Shown one piece after another: positions 14,939-23,115 of a stretch of 39,522 bases of DNA (position 1 is its first letter; each line of letters starts with the position of its first letter). The position numbers were made by a program, and so were the translations under genes. Source of the DNA: Pseudobdellovibrionaceae bacterium (lineage in GTDB: Bacteria; Bdellovibrionota; Bdellovibrionia; Bdellovibrionales; JAMPXM01); the NCBI GenBank assembly GCA_016791465.1, contig JAEUWE010000515.1, positions 1 through 39,522 on the forward strand, given 5' to 3'. The notes below the pieces were generated by a model. That model did no database searches and was not told the origin of the DNA. It saw nothing but the letters and a program-made list of their open reading frames with translations.

Positions 14939-16077
14939 ACGCAATCGCTGTCACGAACGTGATTCAAGCTGTTCTCGATGCTATTCAGAAAATTCCGAGT
15001 CATCGTCACGTCACGATCCTTGAACGTGCCGACTTCAATACAGATCGTGCTCTGCTTGAATGCGTCGAGCGCGTTCTAAAAAATGAATCCGCGGAAATCC
15101 AAGAACGGGTTCGAGCGGAGATTTTCGGGTTCGGCCCACTGGAACGCCTCATTCTCGATATCGACGTGACCGAGATTCTTATTCTCGGACATCGGACGAT
15201 CTGGATTGAAAAATATGGTCGGCTTGAACCTTACGATGATCGTTTTCACGACGAACTCACCTATCGAAACGCGGTCTCTCGGCTTGCGAAAAAAGCACGT
15301 ACAGCTGTTGATCACTCGATCCCGTTTGCCGACGGACGCTGGCGCGGATTTCGTGTTCACTCCGTCGGTGAGCCCATTGTGCAGTCTGGTCCACACATGA
15401 CTCTCAGACGAATCCGCTCGACCCCCTGGACTCTCAACGACCTCGCGGAGCGGAATTGGGCACCAGCCGACGGCCTAGCGCAGCTTCAGAAGTTGATCGA
15501 CGATCAATGCAATATCCTTGTCGTTGGAGGAACAGGCTCAGGCAAAACATCGGTCATGGGAGCATGCCTGAAAAGTTTGGGAGAGAAGGAGCGGTGCTTA
15601 ATCCTCGAAGACACTGACGAACTGCCATGTCCAAATGCCATGAGCGCAAAGCTCCTGACAAAACGGGCTCGAATCAGTGGCGATACCGCCTACGATCTCG
15701 ATTCGCTTTTGAAACAAGCGCTGCGCATGCGACCTGACCGATTGATCTTGGGCGAAGTACGTGGAGCTGAAGCGAAGGATCTCTTGATGGCTTTTGCGAC
15801 GGGACACCGGGGCTGCATGGGAACATTGCACGCAAATAGTCCGCGGGAAGCCTTACTCAGGCTCGAGATGCTCGTGCAGATGGGAGCACCGCAATGGAAC
15901 GAGAAAACGGTAAAGCAGTTGATTCATAGCGCGATCGACGCGATCGTCTGTGTTTCACGGACAGAAAATGGCGAAAGGCGGCTCGAGTCTATCTCTCGAG
16001 TCGCCTCACTAGAAGAAATCGGATTTTGCTTCACACCGCTTTATGCGCGGAAGTTGATGAAGCTTCCCTTTGGGTAA
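14932..16077 (+). CDS. cpaF: Flp pilus assembly ATPase (CpaF/TadA family, secretion NTPase)
   Basis: 381 aa, with a 7-nt overlap with cpaC. Walker A VVGGTGSGKTS. ILEDTDEL (Asp box). RPDRLILGEVRGAEA (Walker B region). GHRGCMGTLHANS (His box). Confidence 0.9.
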   Translation: MVNAIAVTNVIQAVLDAIQKIPSHRHVTILERADFNTDRALLECVERVLKNESAEIQERVRAEIFGFGPLERLILDIDVTEILILGHRTIWIEKYGRLEPYDDRFHDELTYRNAVSRLAKKARTAVDHSIPFADGRWRGFRVHSVGEPIVQSGPHMTLRRIRSTPWTLNDLAERNWAPADGLAQLQKLIDDQCNILVVGGTGSGKTSVMGACLKSLGEKERCLILEDTDELPCPNAMSAKLLTKRARISGDTAYDLDSLLKQALRMRPDRLILGEVRGAEAKDLLMAFATGHRGCMGTLHANSPREALLRLEMLVQMGAPQWNEKTVKQLIHSAIDAIVCVSRTENGERRLESISRVASLEEIGFCFTPLYARKLMKLPFG

Positions 16078-16547
16078 AGTCCTTCAGGCTGAACGGCCTC
16101 AGGCTCTGAGCCGCCTGGGCTCAGGTCATCCATGCCACCGACGTCGTCTGCGCTTACGCTGCCGGCAAACATTCCTGATCCCGTGACGCGATCAAGCGCC
16201 TCTGTCTTAAAACCGCTCGGCCTCGACTCGACAGCCTCAAAAGGAATTGCCTGCGGAGTATCGATATCGACAACAGCTTCGGCGGCCTTTTGATTACCTT
16301 TAAAAAAGCGATCAGCCACATCACGCACCATTGCTGCATTTTGCATATCTTTTGACTTCCAATCGAGCCGCTCGCGACTCAGCGAGGCCGCGGCACTTGC
16401 CGTCTCACCGATTTTTGCTTTTCTGAGCGAAGAGACACCTTCCGGCCGACCAAAAGTCGGCGTGCCCGGACGCACCGGCGCAGCCTCTTTCATATCGACG
16501 GACGAAACTCGCGGGGAACTCGGAAGAATTCCGCTGATTTTTTCCAT
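16041..16547 (-). CDS. Hypothetical, predicted disordered protein (168 aa)
   Basis: Strong RBS AGGAGG 5 nt before the ATG. The sequence is Pro/Ser/Gly/Ala/Asp-rich with no TM helix or signal peptide. Its 3' end overlaps the cpaF 3' end by 37 nt (convergent). No family recognised. Confidence 0.6.
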   Translation of the reverse strand: MEKISGILPSSPRVSSVDMKEAAPVRPGTPTFGRPEGVSSLRKAKIGETASAAASLSRERLDWKSKDMQNAAMVRDVADRFFKGNQKAAEAVVDIDTPQAIPFEAVESRPSGFKTEALDRVTGSGMFAGSVSADDVGGMDDLSPGGSEPEAVQPEGLYPKGSFINFRA

Positions 16548-16612
16548 GCCAACCTCCTGTCAGCCGGTGAAGAGATCACATCGTGTGATCCCATTCGATC
16601 CGTTACGCTCTC

Positions 16613-16640
16613 TTGTCGGCTCATAACGAGACGATCTTGA
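16613..16640 (-). promoter_or_regulatory. Candidate sigma-28 (FliA)-type promoter
   Basis: The minus strand reads TCAAGATC-N12-GCCGACAA, against the enterobacterial consensus TAAAGTTT-N11-GCCGATAA (7/8 in the -10 box). It lies about 65-90 nt upstream of the 168-aa ORF. The palindrome GATCACA-TCG-TGTGATC (16574..16590) falls in the predicted 5' UTR. Confidence 0.3.
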
Positions 16641-16668
16641 GAGGCCAGAGGTGGTTCTGAGGAATCTA

Positions 16669-16696
16669 GCCAGAGGTCTTGCTCTCGACCTCTGGC
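16669..16696 (-). terminator. GC-rich hairpin 22 nt downstream of aspS (possible terminator or processing site)
   Basis: GCCAGAGGTC / loop TTGCTCTC / GACCTCTGGC, a perfect 10-bp stem. The tail on the minus strand (TAGATTCC) is only weakly T-rich. Confidence 0.4.
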
Positions 16697-16717
16697 CGCT
16701 GGGCTATGCCCTTGGCA

Positions 16718-18562
16718 TTACGCTTTGATATCTGTCGGAGCAGGCGAAGCCGCGGCGGTTTCGCCAACGCCTGGAGCCAGACGAATTCCAAGCTCGATCA
16801 ATTGGTCTCGAGAAACCTGGCTTGGCGCATCCGCCATGAGATCGGTCGCCTTCGCTGTTTTTGGAAACGCGATAACGTCGCGAATCGCGTCGGTGCGACA
16901 GAGAATCATTGTCAGACGATCCACGCCCCACGCGATACCCGCGTGCGGAGGTGTACCGTACTGAAGAGCCTCCATGAAGAAACCAAATTTGTCTTTCGCA
17001 TCTTCAAGCGTAAAGCCAAGTGCCTTAAACATCGCGGCCTGAAGATCGCTTCGGTGAATACGCACCGAGCCGCCGCCGATCTCATGACCGTTGCAGACAA
17101 GGTCGTAGGCTTTAGCGAGGCTTTCGCCGTAGCGCTTGTCTTCGCCGTTCTTAAGAATATCCATGTGCTGATTCTGCGGAGACGTGAACGGATGGTGGCG
17201 TGCAGCCCAGCGACCACCCTCGACATCGTACTCAAAGAGTGGAAAGTCGACGACCCAGAGGAACTTGTCCTGCGTTTCGTCAATGAGCTTCAGCTCGCGA
17301 CCAAAATGCAGACGAAGCGACGAGAGCGCCGCACAGGCTGTATCGAATGTATCTGCAACAACAAGAGAAAGCCCGCGGCCCGATGGGCAAAGCTTCTTAT
17401 GAATCGCTTTGACCTTCTCCTCAGGAAGCGCCTTTGAAACGGCCGATGTGAGTTTGCCTTCTGCATCCGTTTTGATCCAGATCAAGCCTTTCGCTCCGGC
17501 CTTCTTGGCAAGATCAACGAGCTTGTCGATCTGTGCGCGCGATAGATCGCCCGCCTGTTCAACGCCAAGGCCTTTGATCACTCCGTTTTTAGCAAGAACA
17601 TCGTCGAAGACTTTAAAGCCGGTGCCCTTCGATTCGTTTGTGAGATCTTGCAGTTCAAGACCAAAACGCAAATCCGGTTTATCACAGCCATAGCGATTCA
17701 TCGCCTCCATAAAGGACATGCGCGGAATGGGCCCCAGATCAACGCCGCGGAACTTCTTCCAAATCACCTGCGCTAGACGCTCATTGACGGCCATGATGTC
17801 ATCTTGATCGACAAAGCTCATCTCCATGTCGATTTGCGAAAACTCCGGCTGACGATCAGCGCGAAGATCCTCATCGCGGAAACAACGTGCGATTTGGAAA
17901 TAGCGATCCATGCCACCGATCATCAGGAGCTGCTTCAGAGTCTGCGGTGACTGCGGTAGAGCGTAGAACTGCCCTTGGTTCACACGCGACGGCACAAGAT
18001 AATCGCGAGCTCCCTCGGGCGTCGACTTGTAGAGAATCGGCGTTTCGATTTCAGTGAACATTTCGTTTGAAAGAAAATCGCGAACAGTGCGCACGATATC
18101 GTGACGCATGCGCAAGTATTTGCTTAGCCGCTCGGAACGAATATCGAGATAACGATATTTGAGGCGAAGGATTTCGCTGACGCTATCATCATTGATTTGA
18201 AACGGTGGCGTGGCCGCTTCTGACAAAATCTCAACTTCTGTCGCCTCAACTTCGACTTCACCCGTTGCAAGTTTTTTGTTGGTCATGCCGCTTGGGCGAA
18301 GTCGAACAGTCCCCTGTACAGCGACGACGTACTCACCGCGAAGGTCCTTCGCCTGTGCCATCGCCGCTTGGCTTGGATCGAGCACGATCTGCACAATGCC
18401 GTCACGATCGCGAAGATCGATAAAAACAAGCCCACCGTGATCGCGACGACCACCGACCCAACCCATCAGAACGACATTTTGTCCTGCGTGATTCGCGCGC
18501 AAACTGCCCGCAAGATGGCTGCGTTTTCGTTCAGAAACAAATCGACCTTGTGTTTTGGACAT
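16718..18562 (-). CDS. aspS: Aspartate--tRNA ligase (possibly non-discriminating type)
   Basis: 614 aa. N-terminal OB fold (VVLMGWVGGRRDHGGLVFIDLRDRDG). Class II motifs: FRDEDLRADRQPEFSQIDMEMSF, GGGSVRIH, PPHAGIAWGVDRL. Confidence 0.97.
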   Translation of the reverse strand: MSKTQGRFVSERKRSHLAGSLRANHAGQNVVLMGWVGGRRDHGGLVFIDLRDRDGIVQIVLDPSQAAMAQAKDLRGEYVVAVQGTVRLRPSGMTNKKLATGEVEVEATEVEILSEAATPPFQINDDSVSEILRLKYRYLDIRSERLSKYLRMRHDIVRTVRDFLSNEMFTEIETPILYKSTPEGARDYLVPSRVNQGQFYALPQSPQTLKQLLMIGGMDRYFQIARCFRDEDLRADRQPEFSQIDMEMSFVDQDDIMAVNERLAQVIWKKFRGVDLGPIPRMSFMEAMNRYGCDKPDLRFGLELQDLTNESKGTGFKVFDDVLAKNGVIKGLGVEQAGDLSRAQIDKLVDLAKKAGAKGLIWIKTDAEGKLTSAVSKALPEEKVKAIHKKLCPSGRGLSLVVADTFDTACAALSSLRLHFGRELKLIDETQDKFLWVVDFPLFEYDVEGGRWAARHHPFTSPQNQHMDILKNGEDKRYGESLAKAYDLVCNGHEIGGGSVRIHRSDLQAAMFKALGFTLEDAKDKFGFFMEALQYGTPPHAGIAWGVDRLTMILCRTDAIRDVIAFPKTAKATDLMADAPSQVSRDQLIELGIRLAPGVGETAAASPAPTDIKA

Positions 18563-18803
18563 CGGGAGCTCCCGCTTCGCTTTAACGAACTGATTTGGAA
18601 GAATTTAGAATAGTGAGAGTTTCAAAAAAAGCCAATCATGAAAAGGGTTTGGGCGCCCCAAAGCGCAGCTGATAGGTCCCTGTTTGGAACCATTCGGCCG
18701 AATTAAAAGCGCCGGCCCGACGCAACACAGAGCGCCGAACTCCTGACGAATCGGGAGAAGAGCTGTAGCATTTGGCCTGCAACACCTCGACAGGAGAGAA
18801 ATC

Positions 18804-19109
18804 GTGCCCACAGTGAAGGTTGAGAAATCCTGCGGCTTAAGCCGCGAGGAAGCTTATAAACGCGTCAAACAACTGCTGGAAACAGATAAGGACCTCAAGA
18901 AAATGGATCCAAGTTGTCAGTTTAACTTCAATGACACGGCGGCGACCGGCTCGGCGAAGGGGTCGATGTTCTCTGCCGACATGAAGGTCGGGACCAGCGG
19001 CGGCTCGTCGCTGGTCACCATTGAGGTTCAACTGCCGATTATGCTGTCGATGGCCAAAGGTATGGTTCAATCAACCCTAGAGAAGAAACTCCAGGCGGCG
19101 CTGGGCTAA
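18804..19109 (+). CDS. Small protein resembling the polyhydroxyalkanoic-acid-system family (TIGR02610-like), GTG start
   Basis: 101 aa, with RBS AGGAGAG. The pattern 'V.V.......REEA..RVK.LL ... VTIEVQLPIMLSMAKGMVQSTLEKKL' fits my recollection of that roughly 90-100-aa family. Its stop lies 7 nt before the sigma factor gene. Confidence 0.45.
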   Translation: MPTVKVEKSCGLSREEAYKRVKQLLETDKDLKKMDPSCQFNFNDTAATGSAKGSMFSADMKVGTSGGSSLVTIEVQLPIMLSMAKGMVQSTLEKKLQAALG

Positions 19110-19116
19110 CCCAAAG

Positions 19117-20256
19117 ATGAAAAAACAGAGCTCAAAAGCAAAACCTCGAAAAAAGACGACACGTCCGACGGCGCGCGCGGTGGAGGCCGAAGTCGTCACA
19201 GATGCGGCATCTGGGGCCGCCGCGAGCGTTATTGCCGATGACTCGACCGCTGGGATCGAGACTGATTCCGATCTCGACGAGCTTGGGACTGCGGACTCCA
19301 ACGTCGCCGAACGCGCCCGAAGCGAGGCGGCCGAATGGAGTTCTCGCGGCTGGACGCCATCGGACTCACTCGATGACTTTGATCGTTCAAATCTTCCGAT
19401 GCTGGCTTCAAGCGAAAAGGGGCTGGTCACGGCCGACCCCGTGGCGCTGTATATGGCCGAGGTCAAACGCTACCCACTCCTCACTCGCGAACAGGAAGAG
19501 GAACTCGCCAAGCGTTACAAAGAGACCGGCGACCCGAGGGCGGCCGAGATGCTGGTCACAAGCAATCTTCGCTTTGTCGTGAAAGTCGCAGCCGAGTATT
19601 CGAAGTTTGGCGCACGTCTGATTGATTTGATTCAAGAAGGCAACGTCGGCCTCATGCACGCCGTTCGCGAGTTCAATCCCTATCGCGGCGTTCGTCTGAT
19701 CACCTACGCCGTGTGGTGGATTCGCGGCTACATTCAAGACTACTTGATGCGGCAATATTCAATGGTCCGCATCGGAACCACCCAAGCTCAGCGAAAACTC
19801 TTTTACCGTCTACAGAAAGAGAAAGACCTTCTTGAGTCCATGGGACAAGAGGCCACCGTTAAGCTCCTCTCCACTCGCCTTGGCGTAACAGAGGACGAAG
19901 TGACCTCGATGGCACAGCGTCTTCGCGGTCGCGATGTGTCTTTGCAACAAACGGTCGACGAGAGTGGTAAAACCACGCTCCTCGATCTTGAGCCGTCAGA
20001 GGATGAGCCCGTCGACGACCGCATGGGCCGCGAGGAGATGCTCGCACTTCTTCAATCTGGCATTGAAGAAATCAAAGATGATTTGAACGAGCGCGAGCGC
20101 GAACTCTTAGAGAACCGTCTCTTGGCCGACGAACCCCTGACTCTCCAAGAAATTGGTGAAAAGTATGGCGTGACCCGCGAAGCTGTTCGGCAGATGGAAA
20201 ATCGCCTGATGCTCAAAATCAAAAAGGCACTCGAGGCGCGACTGAAACATCGATAG
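19117..20256 (+). CDS. rpoH: RNA polymerase sigma factor, RpoH (sigma-32)-like, with possible ~94-aa N-terminal extension
   Basis: Region 2: LIDLIQEGNVGLMHAVREFNPYRGVRLITYAVWWIRGYI. RpoH-box-like TTQAQRKLFYRLQKEK. Region 4: LTLQEIGEKYGVTREAVRQMENRL. Alignment with E. coli RpoH begins near Met95 (19399). Residues 1-94 are basic, then strongly acidic. Confidence 0.85.
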   Translation: MKKQSSKAKPRKKTTRPTARAVEAEVVTDAASGAAASVIADDSTAGIETDSDLDELGTADSNVAERARSEAAEWSSRGWTPSDSLDDFDRSNLPMLASSEKGLVTADPVALYMAEVKRYPLLTREQEEELAKRYKETGDPRAAEMLVTSNLRFVVKVAAEYSKFGARLIDLIQEGNVGLMHAVREFNPYRGVRLITYAVWWIRGYIQDYLMRQYSMVRIGTTQAQRKLFYRLQKEKDLLESMGQEATVKLLSTRLGVTEDEVTSMAQRLRGRDVSLQQTVDESGKTTLLDLEPSEDEPVDDRMGREEMLALLQSGIEEIKDDLNERERELLENRLLADEPLTLQEIGEKYGVTREAVRQMENRLMLKIKKALEARLKHR

Positions 20257-20295
20257 TCATGAGAGTCTTCGCAACTGAGCGGTCAGGCCTTATGG

Positions 20296-20574
20296 CTACC
20301 GAATTCCCCCAACAGGTCCAGCACTGAAAGCCAAACCATCCACTTCTTGGATCTGTCCCTGCCTATTTTTGTATATCAGACGATAAATCGTGGATCCTGG
20401 AACCAATGCATCTTCATTTTCCAGAAGTCCAATTACGCGACCGCCCTGCACTTGGATCTCCTGCTCCAACTTTTGAACATCTGGTGCACTAGCAAGAGCG
20501 GCGATACTCTTTAAACCACCAGCAAAAGCAGTTTGACCTACTACCAAAGTCGCAAAACACACCATCTTTCTCAT
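20296..20574 (-). CDS. Small secreted hypothetical protein (92 aa)
   Basis: RBS AAGGAG. Signal peptide MRKMVCFATLVVGQTAFA. Lies in the lower-GC segment. Confidence 0.5.
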   Translation of the reverse strand: MRKMVCFATLVVGQTAFAGGLKSIAALASAPDVQKLEQEIQVQGGRVIGLLENEDALVPGSTIYRLIYKNRQGQIQEVDGLAFSAGPVGGIR

Positions 20575-20710
20575 CTCTTACTCCTTGTTTGTTTTGGCGA
20601 TGCCCATTTCGCTTAGACAGATACGTCTCAAAGAGGCACAAGTCGAATGTTCTGAATTCAAAAAGGAGCTCTCATTTTGTTTCTCAAACAAGAACAAATC
20701 GACGTCGCTC

Positions 20711-21520
20711 CTAGTGGAAATGCCCCCGGCAGCTAAACCTCACAGTTTCAGCAGGATGATCTTGTTGAATGGCGACGGTACCGGTAAATGGCGTTCCTGG
20801 CCAAACGTCAAAGTGAACCATGATTCCGCCGCTCAGGGGATTATTTTTCATAATCAGTGACGATCCCGTCGTCCCAATCATCGATTTGATCTGCCCCTCC
20901 GAGTACGTCACTTTCATTCTATCCGCCGAAAGCGTCTCTGAGTTTCCATCTGGAAGGCCATTCAAATAGACCACCGCTCGAAACTCATTGTGGCTCTCTA
21001 CGCGATACTCAAGAAGTTCGAGAGTATAGTGAGATGCATTTGAGATGGAGGATCCCGTCAAAAAGGGACAACTCACCCGGTTGATTTCTATTCCAGGGCC
21101 ATTCAAAATTTTATTCGAAATCGAAAATGTTCGGTCGTCGTATCCCATTAATCCCAAGAACTCGTGCAGAACCAACACATACTTAAGCTTGGGAGTTTCT
21201 AACAGATCCTTCCAACGAGTTTGAGAAACACGGATCTCTTGCAGAGAGGGAGTATTGATCGCACTGACTTCATCTTTTCCAAGATAAACTTTTTCTTGCG
21301 AGAATATCTCTGCGTTCTCGATGGTCGTTGCAAAAAGGTCAACATTAACGGACTTGTGTTTCTGCTGAACGAGCATCCTGTGAATGCTTCTCGCAATATC
21401 AAAAACTTCGGAGACGACTCCGTCGCCCCCGTTGCTTGAAATTCCACCCCTAGCCTGCGCCGGTGTCTGCTGAATAAAAACACATGCTACAGCAATAAAA
21501 TGAGCAAAGAACTTCTTCAT
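20711..21520 (-). CDS. Secreted hypothetical protein (269 aa), two-domain
   Basis: Signal peptide MKKFFAHFIAVACVFIQQTPAQA, followed by GGISSNGGDGVV. The C-terminal ~113 aa are bracketed by Cys residues (VSCPF ... RFSC). No family recognised. Confidence 0.55.
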   Translation of the reverse strand: MKKFFAHFIAVACVFIQQTPAQARGGISSNGGDGVVSEVFDIARSIHRMLVQQKHKSVNVDLFATTIENAEIFSQEKVYLGKDEVSAINTPSLQEIRVSQTRWKDLLETPKLKYVLVLHEFLGLMGYDDRTFSISNKILNGPGIEINRVSCPFLTGSSISNASHYTLELLEYRVESHNEFRAVVYLNGLPDGNSETLSADRMKVTYSEGQIKSMIGTTGSSLIMKNNPLSGGIMVHFDVWPGTPFTGTVAIQQDHPAETVRFSCRGHFH

Positions 21521-21561
21521 TGAACATCCTCACGTCGATCAGGTTATGGGCGAGTTAGCAT

Positions 21562-21972
21562 CTACCACAAAAGGCAGGAGAACAGCGATGTGACTGTTTT
21601 ACCGAGAACACTTTCAGAAATTTTTATCTGACCATTGGCCTCGTCAATATAGAGTTCAGCACTCACTGACGGATTGACCGATCGATACTGATCTTCCGCA
21701 GAGTTTGCAGCTGTAAACTCATGACTGAACGGAGCCTCGTCTCCCACTCGAAAGACAAAGTTGGCACGACCCGGCTGGCCGTCTACCGCACAAAAGATCC
21801 CCTCGACCGGAAACGGTGAATATGTCGGCATGCCTCCGTTCTCACGCATCTCAATCAAACTACATCGTGCCATCTGTGCCTTGGCACTCGGGCACTCCAG
21901 CATCGCGGCTTGAGCGGTTTGGTGTGCGGACAAAATAACGGCAGCTGAAGCGAGGATAACTGAACTTTTCAA
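21562..21972 (-). CDS. Small secreted Cys-containing hypothetical protein (136 aa), TTG start
   Basis: RBS GGGAGAG. Signal peptide KSSVILASAAVILSAHQTAQA. The mature part is bracketed by LECPS ... LFSC, similar to the C-terminal domain of the neighbouring 269-aa protein. Confidence 0.5.
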   Translation of the reverse strand: MKSSVILASAAVILSAHQTAQAAMLECPSAKAQMARCSLIEMRENGGMPTYSPFPVEGIFCAVDGQPGRANFVFRVGDEAPFSHEFTAANSAEDQYRSVNPSVSAELYIDEANGQIKISESVLGKTVTSLFSCLLW

Positions 21973-22037
21973 AAGCTCTCCCTTGGTTTAAGTTGAAGCG
22001 AACGTATCAGCGGGAGTTCCCGTCGCCTATTGAGTAG

Positions 22038-22053
22038 TTGACAATTTGACAAT
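22038..22053 (+). promoter_or_regulatory. Perfect tandem TTGACAAT-TTGACAAT in the divergent promoter region
   Basis: Two abutting 8-mers, each containing a consensus -35 hexamer TTGACA, lie 16-31 nt upstream of the ATG at 22069. No good -10 box sits at 17 nt spacing, so this may be an operator rather than a promoter. Confidence 0.3.
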
Positions 22054-22068
22054 TTAGATGTTGTTTTT

Positions 22069-22887
22069 ATGGCAATGAATATGCCAAGTCTCTACCACTT
22101 TGATGAGTACATCGACTTCCTGGCAGCACTCGTGGAGGCCAACCGAGAGCAGAGAGGGTTTCAGTCGCACTTATGTCAAAAAATAATGTGCCAGCCAGCT
22201 ACACTCTCCAGGGCGCTTGGTCGACGCGTTGACCTCACGCGGGACCAAGTTGCAAACCTTTGTCAGGTGCTAAAACTTGGAGACCATGAGGCCGAATACT
22301 TGCTTTCAATTTACGATGCTCGATTGTCGAGCTCGGCATACTTACGACAACGGTCAAGCGGAAAAGCAAAGAAGCTGAAAGTCAGCGCTACAAAAATTGA
22401 GTCGCAATTAAGAGATATTTCCGAACCTCTCGATACCTCCATTGCATACGAGTACTACTCTTCCTGGATCTATTCGGCGGTCTACGTGTTGCTGATGATC
22501 CCTGAGTTTCGAAGTTTTGAAAAAATTAAGGCTCGCTTAAAGGTGGATGAGGAGGAGCTCCAGAATGCGATCAGCAGACTCGTGTCCTGGGGACTTGTCC
22601 AAAAAACGAAGATTGGGTTTGAAGCGAACGAGAAGTCTCTACATTTGGACAGCGGACATCCGGTTTCAAATCATGATCACATGAATTGGCGGCTAAAAGC
22701 GATTGAAGATATCCAGAAAAAGAAGGAGTCGTCGATTCACTACTCCGCGATTTTTTCTATCTCGAAAACTGACTATGAGCTTCTTAGAGAAACCATAGTG
22801 AATGACCTAAAAAAACACAGAAAAATCATCACTGACTCAAAGTCAGAGGAACTTTGCGTCTGCAATATCGATCTCTTTCAGCCTTAG
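22069..22887 (+). CDS. TIGR02147/DUF4423-like putative HTH regulator
   Basis: 272 aa. The N-terminus YHFDEYIDFLAALVEANREQRGFQSHLCQKIMCQPATLSRALGRRVDLTRDQVANLCQVLKLGDHEAEYLLSIYD fits the family pattern as I recall it (Y.dYr.fL ... fS.r.fa ... s...l..il.G.r.L ... L.L...E..Y). I recall this family as multi-copy in Bdellovibrio and Fibrobacter. Confidence 0.65.
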   Translation: MAMNMPSLYHFDEYIDFLAALVEANREQRGFQSHLCQKIMCQPATLSRALGRRVDLTRDQVANLCQVLKLGDHEAEYLLSIYDARLSSSAYLRQRSSGKAKKLKVSATKIESQLRDISEPLDTSIAYEYYSSWIYSAVYVLLMIPEFRSFEKIKARLKVDEEELQNAISRLVSWGLVQKTKIGFEANEKSLHLDSGHPVSNHDHMNWRLKAIEDIQKKKESSIHYSAIFSISKTDYELLRETIVNDLKKHRKIITDSKSEELCVCNIDLFQP

Positions 22888-23077
22888 TGACCCCGGCAAA
22901 ACAACAAACTCGCGACCGGGCGCTTGCCGCCGATCGTGACTCCATTCGCCAATTAAACCTATCGGGCATTAAGATTTGCGCTGAAGCCACTGCGAATATC
23001 TGACGCCACTCAACTTCCGGCGGCGGAAGCTGAGCTGTGTCATCCGTATTCCGGACATATGACAGAAAATAAAAATG

Positions 23078-23103
23078 AAGAGCCCGGGATTGTCCGAGCT
23101 CTT
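23078..23103 (-). terminator. Rho-independent terminator of the 118-aa secreted-protein gene
   Basis: Minus strand: AAGAGCTCGG / loop / CCGGGCTCTT (one mismatch), followed by CATTTTTATTTTCT. It begins 13 nt after the stop codon at 23116..23118. Confidence 0.55.
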
Positions 23104-23115
23104 TCCGAATTATCC

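Noticed and set aside
16041-16547. Calling the 168-aa protein FlgM
   Set aside because: Only the context (sigma-28-like promoter, disorder) supports it. I cannot find the conserved FlgM C-terminal sigma-28-binding helices, and the protein is longer than typical FlgM. It is left as hypothetical.
16679-17437. 252-aa plus-strand ORF
   Set aside because: It lies entirely antisense to aspS, whose identity is unambiguous. Its apparent start sits in the loop of the post-aspS hairpin.
19077-19466. 129-aa minus-strand ORF
   Set aside because: It is antisense to the small-protein / rpoH junction and the rpoH N-terminal extension. It has a Ser/Ala-rich off-frame composition and no RBS.
20711-21520. 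LHEFLG in the 269-aa secreted protein as a zinc-protease HEXXH motif
   Set aside because: The second His is missing (HEFLG), so it is not a metalloprotease signature.
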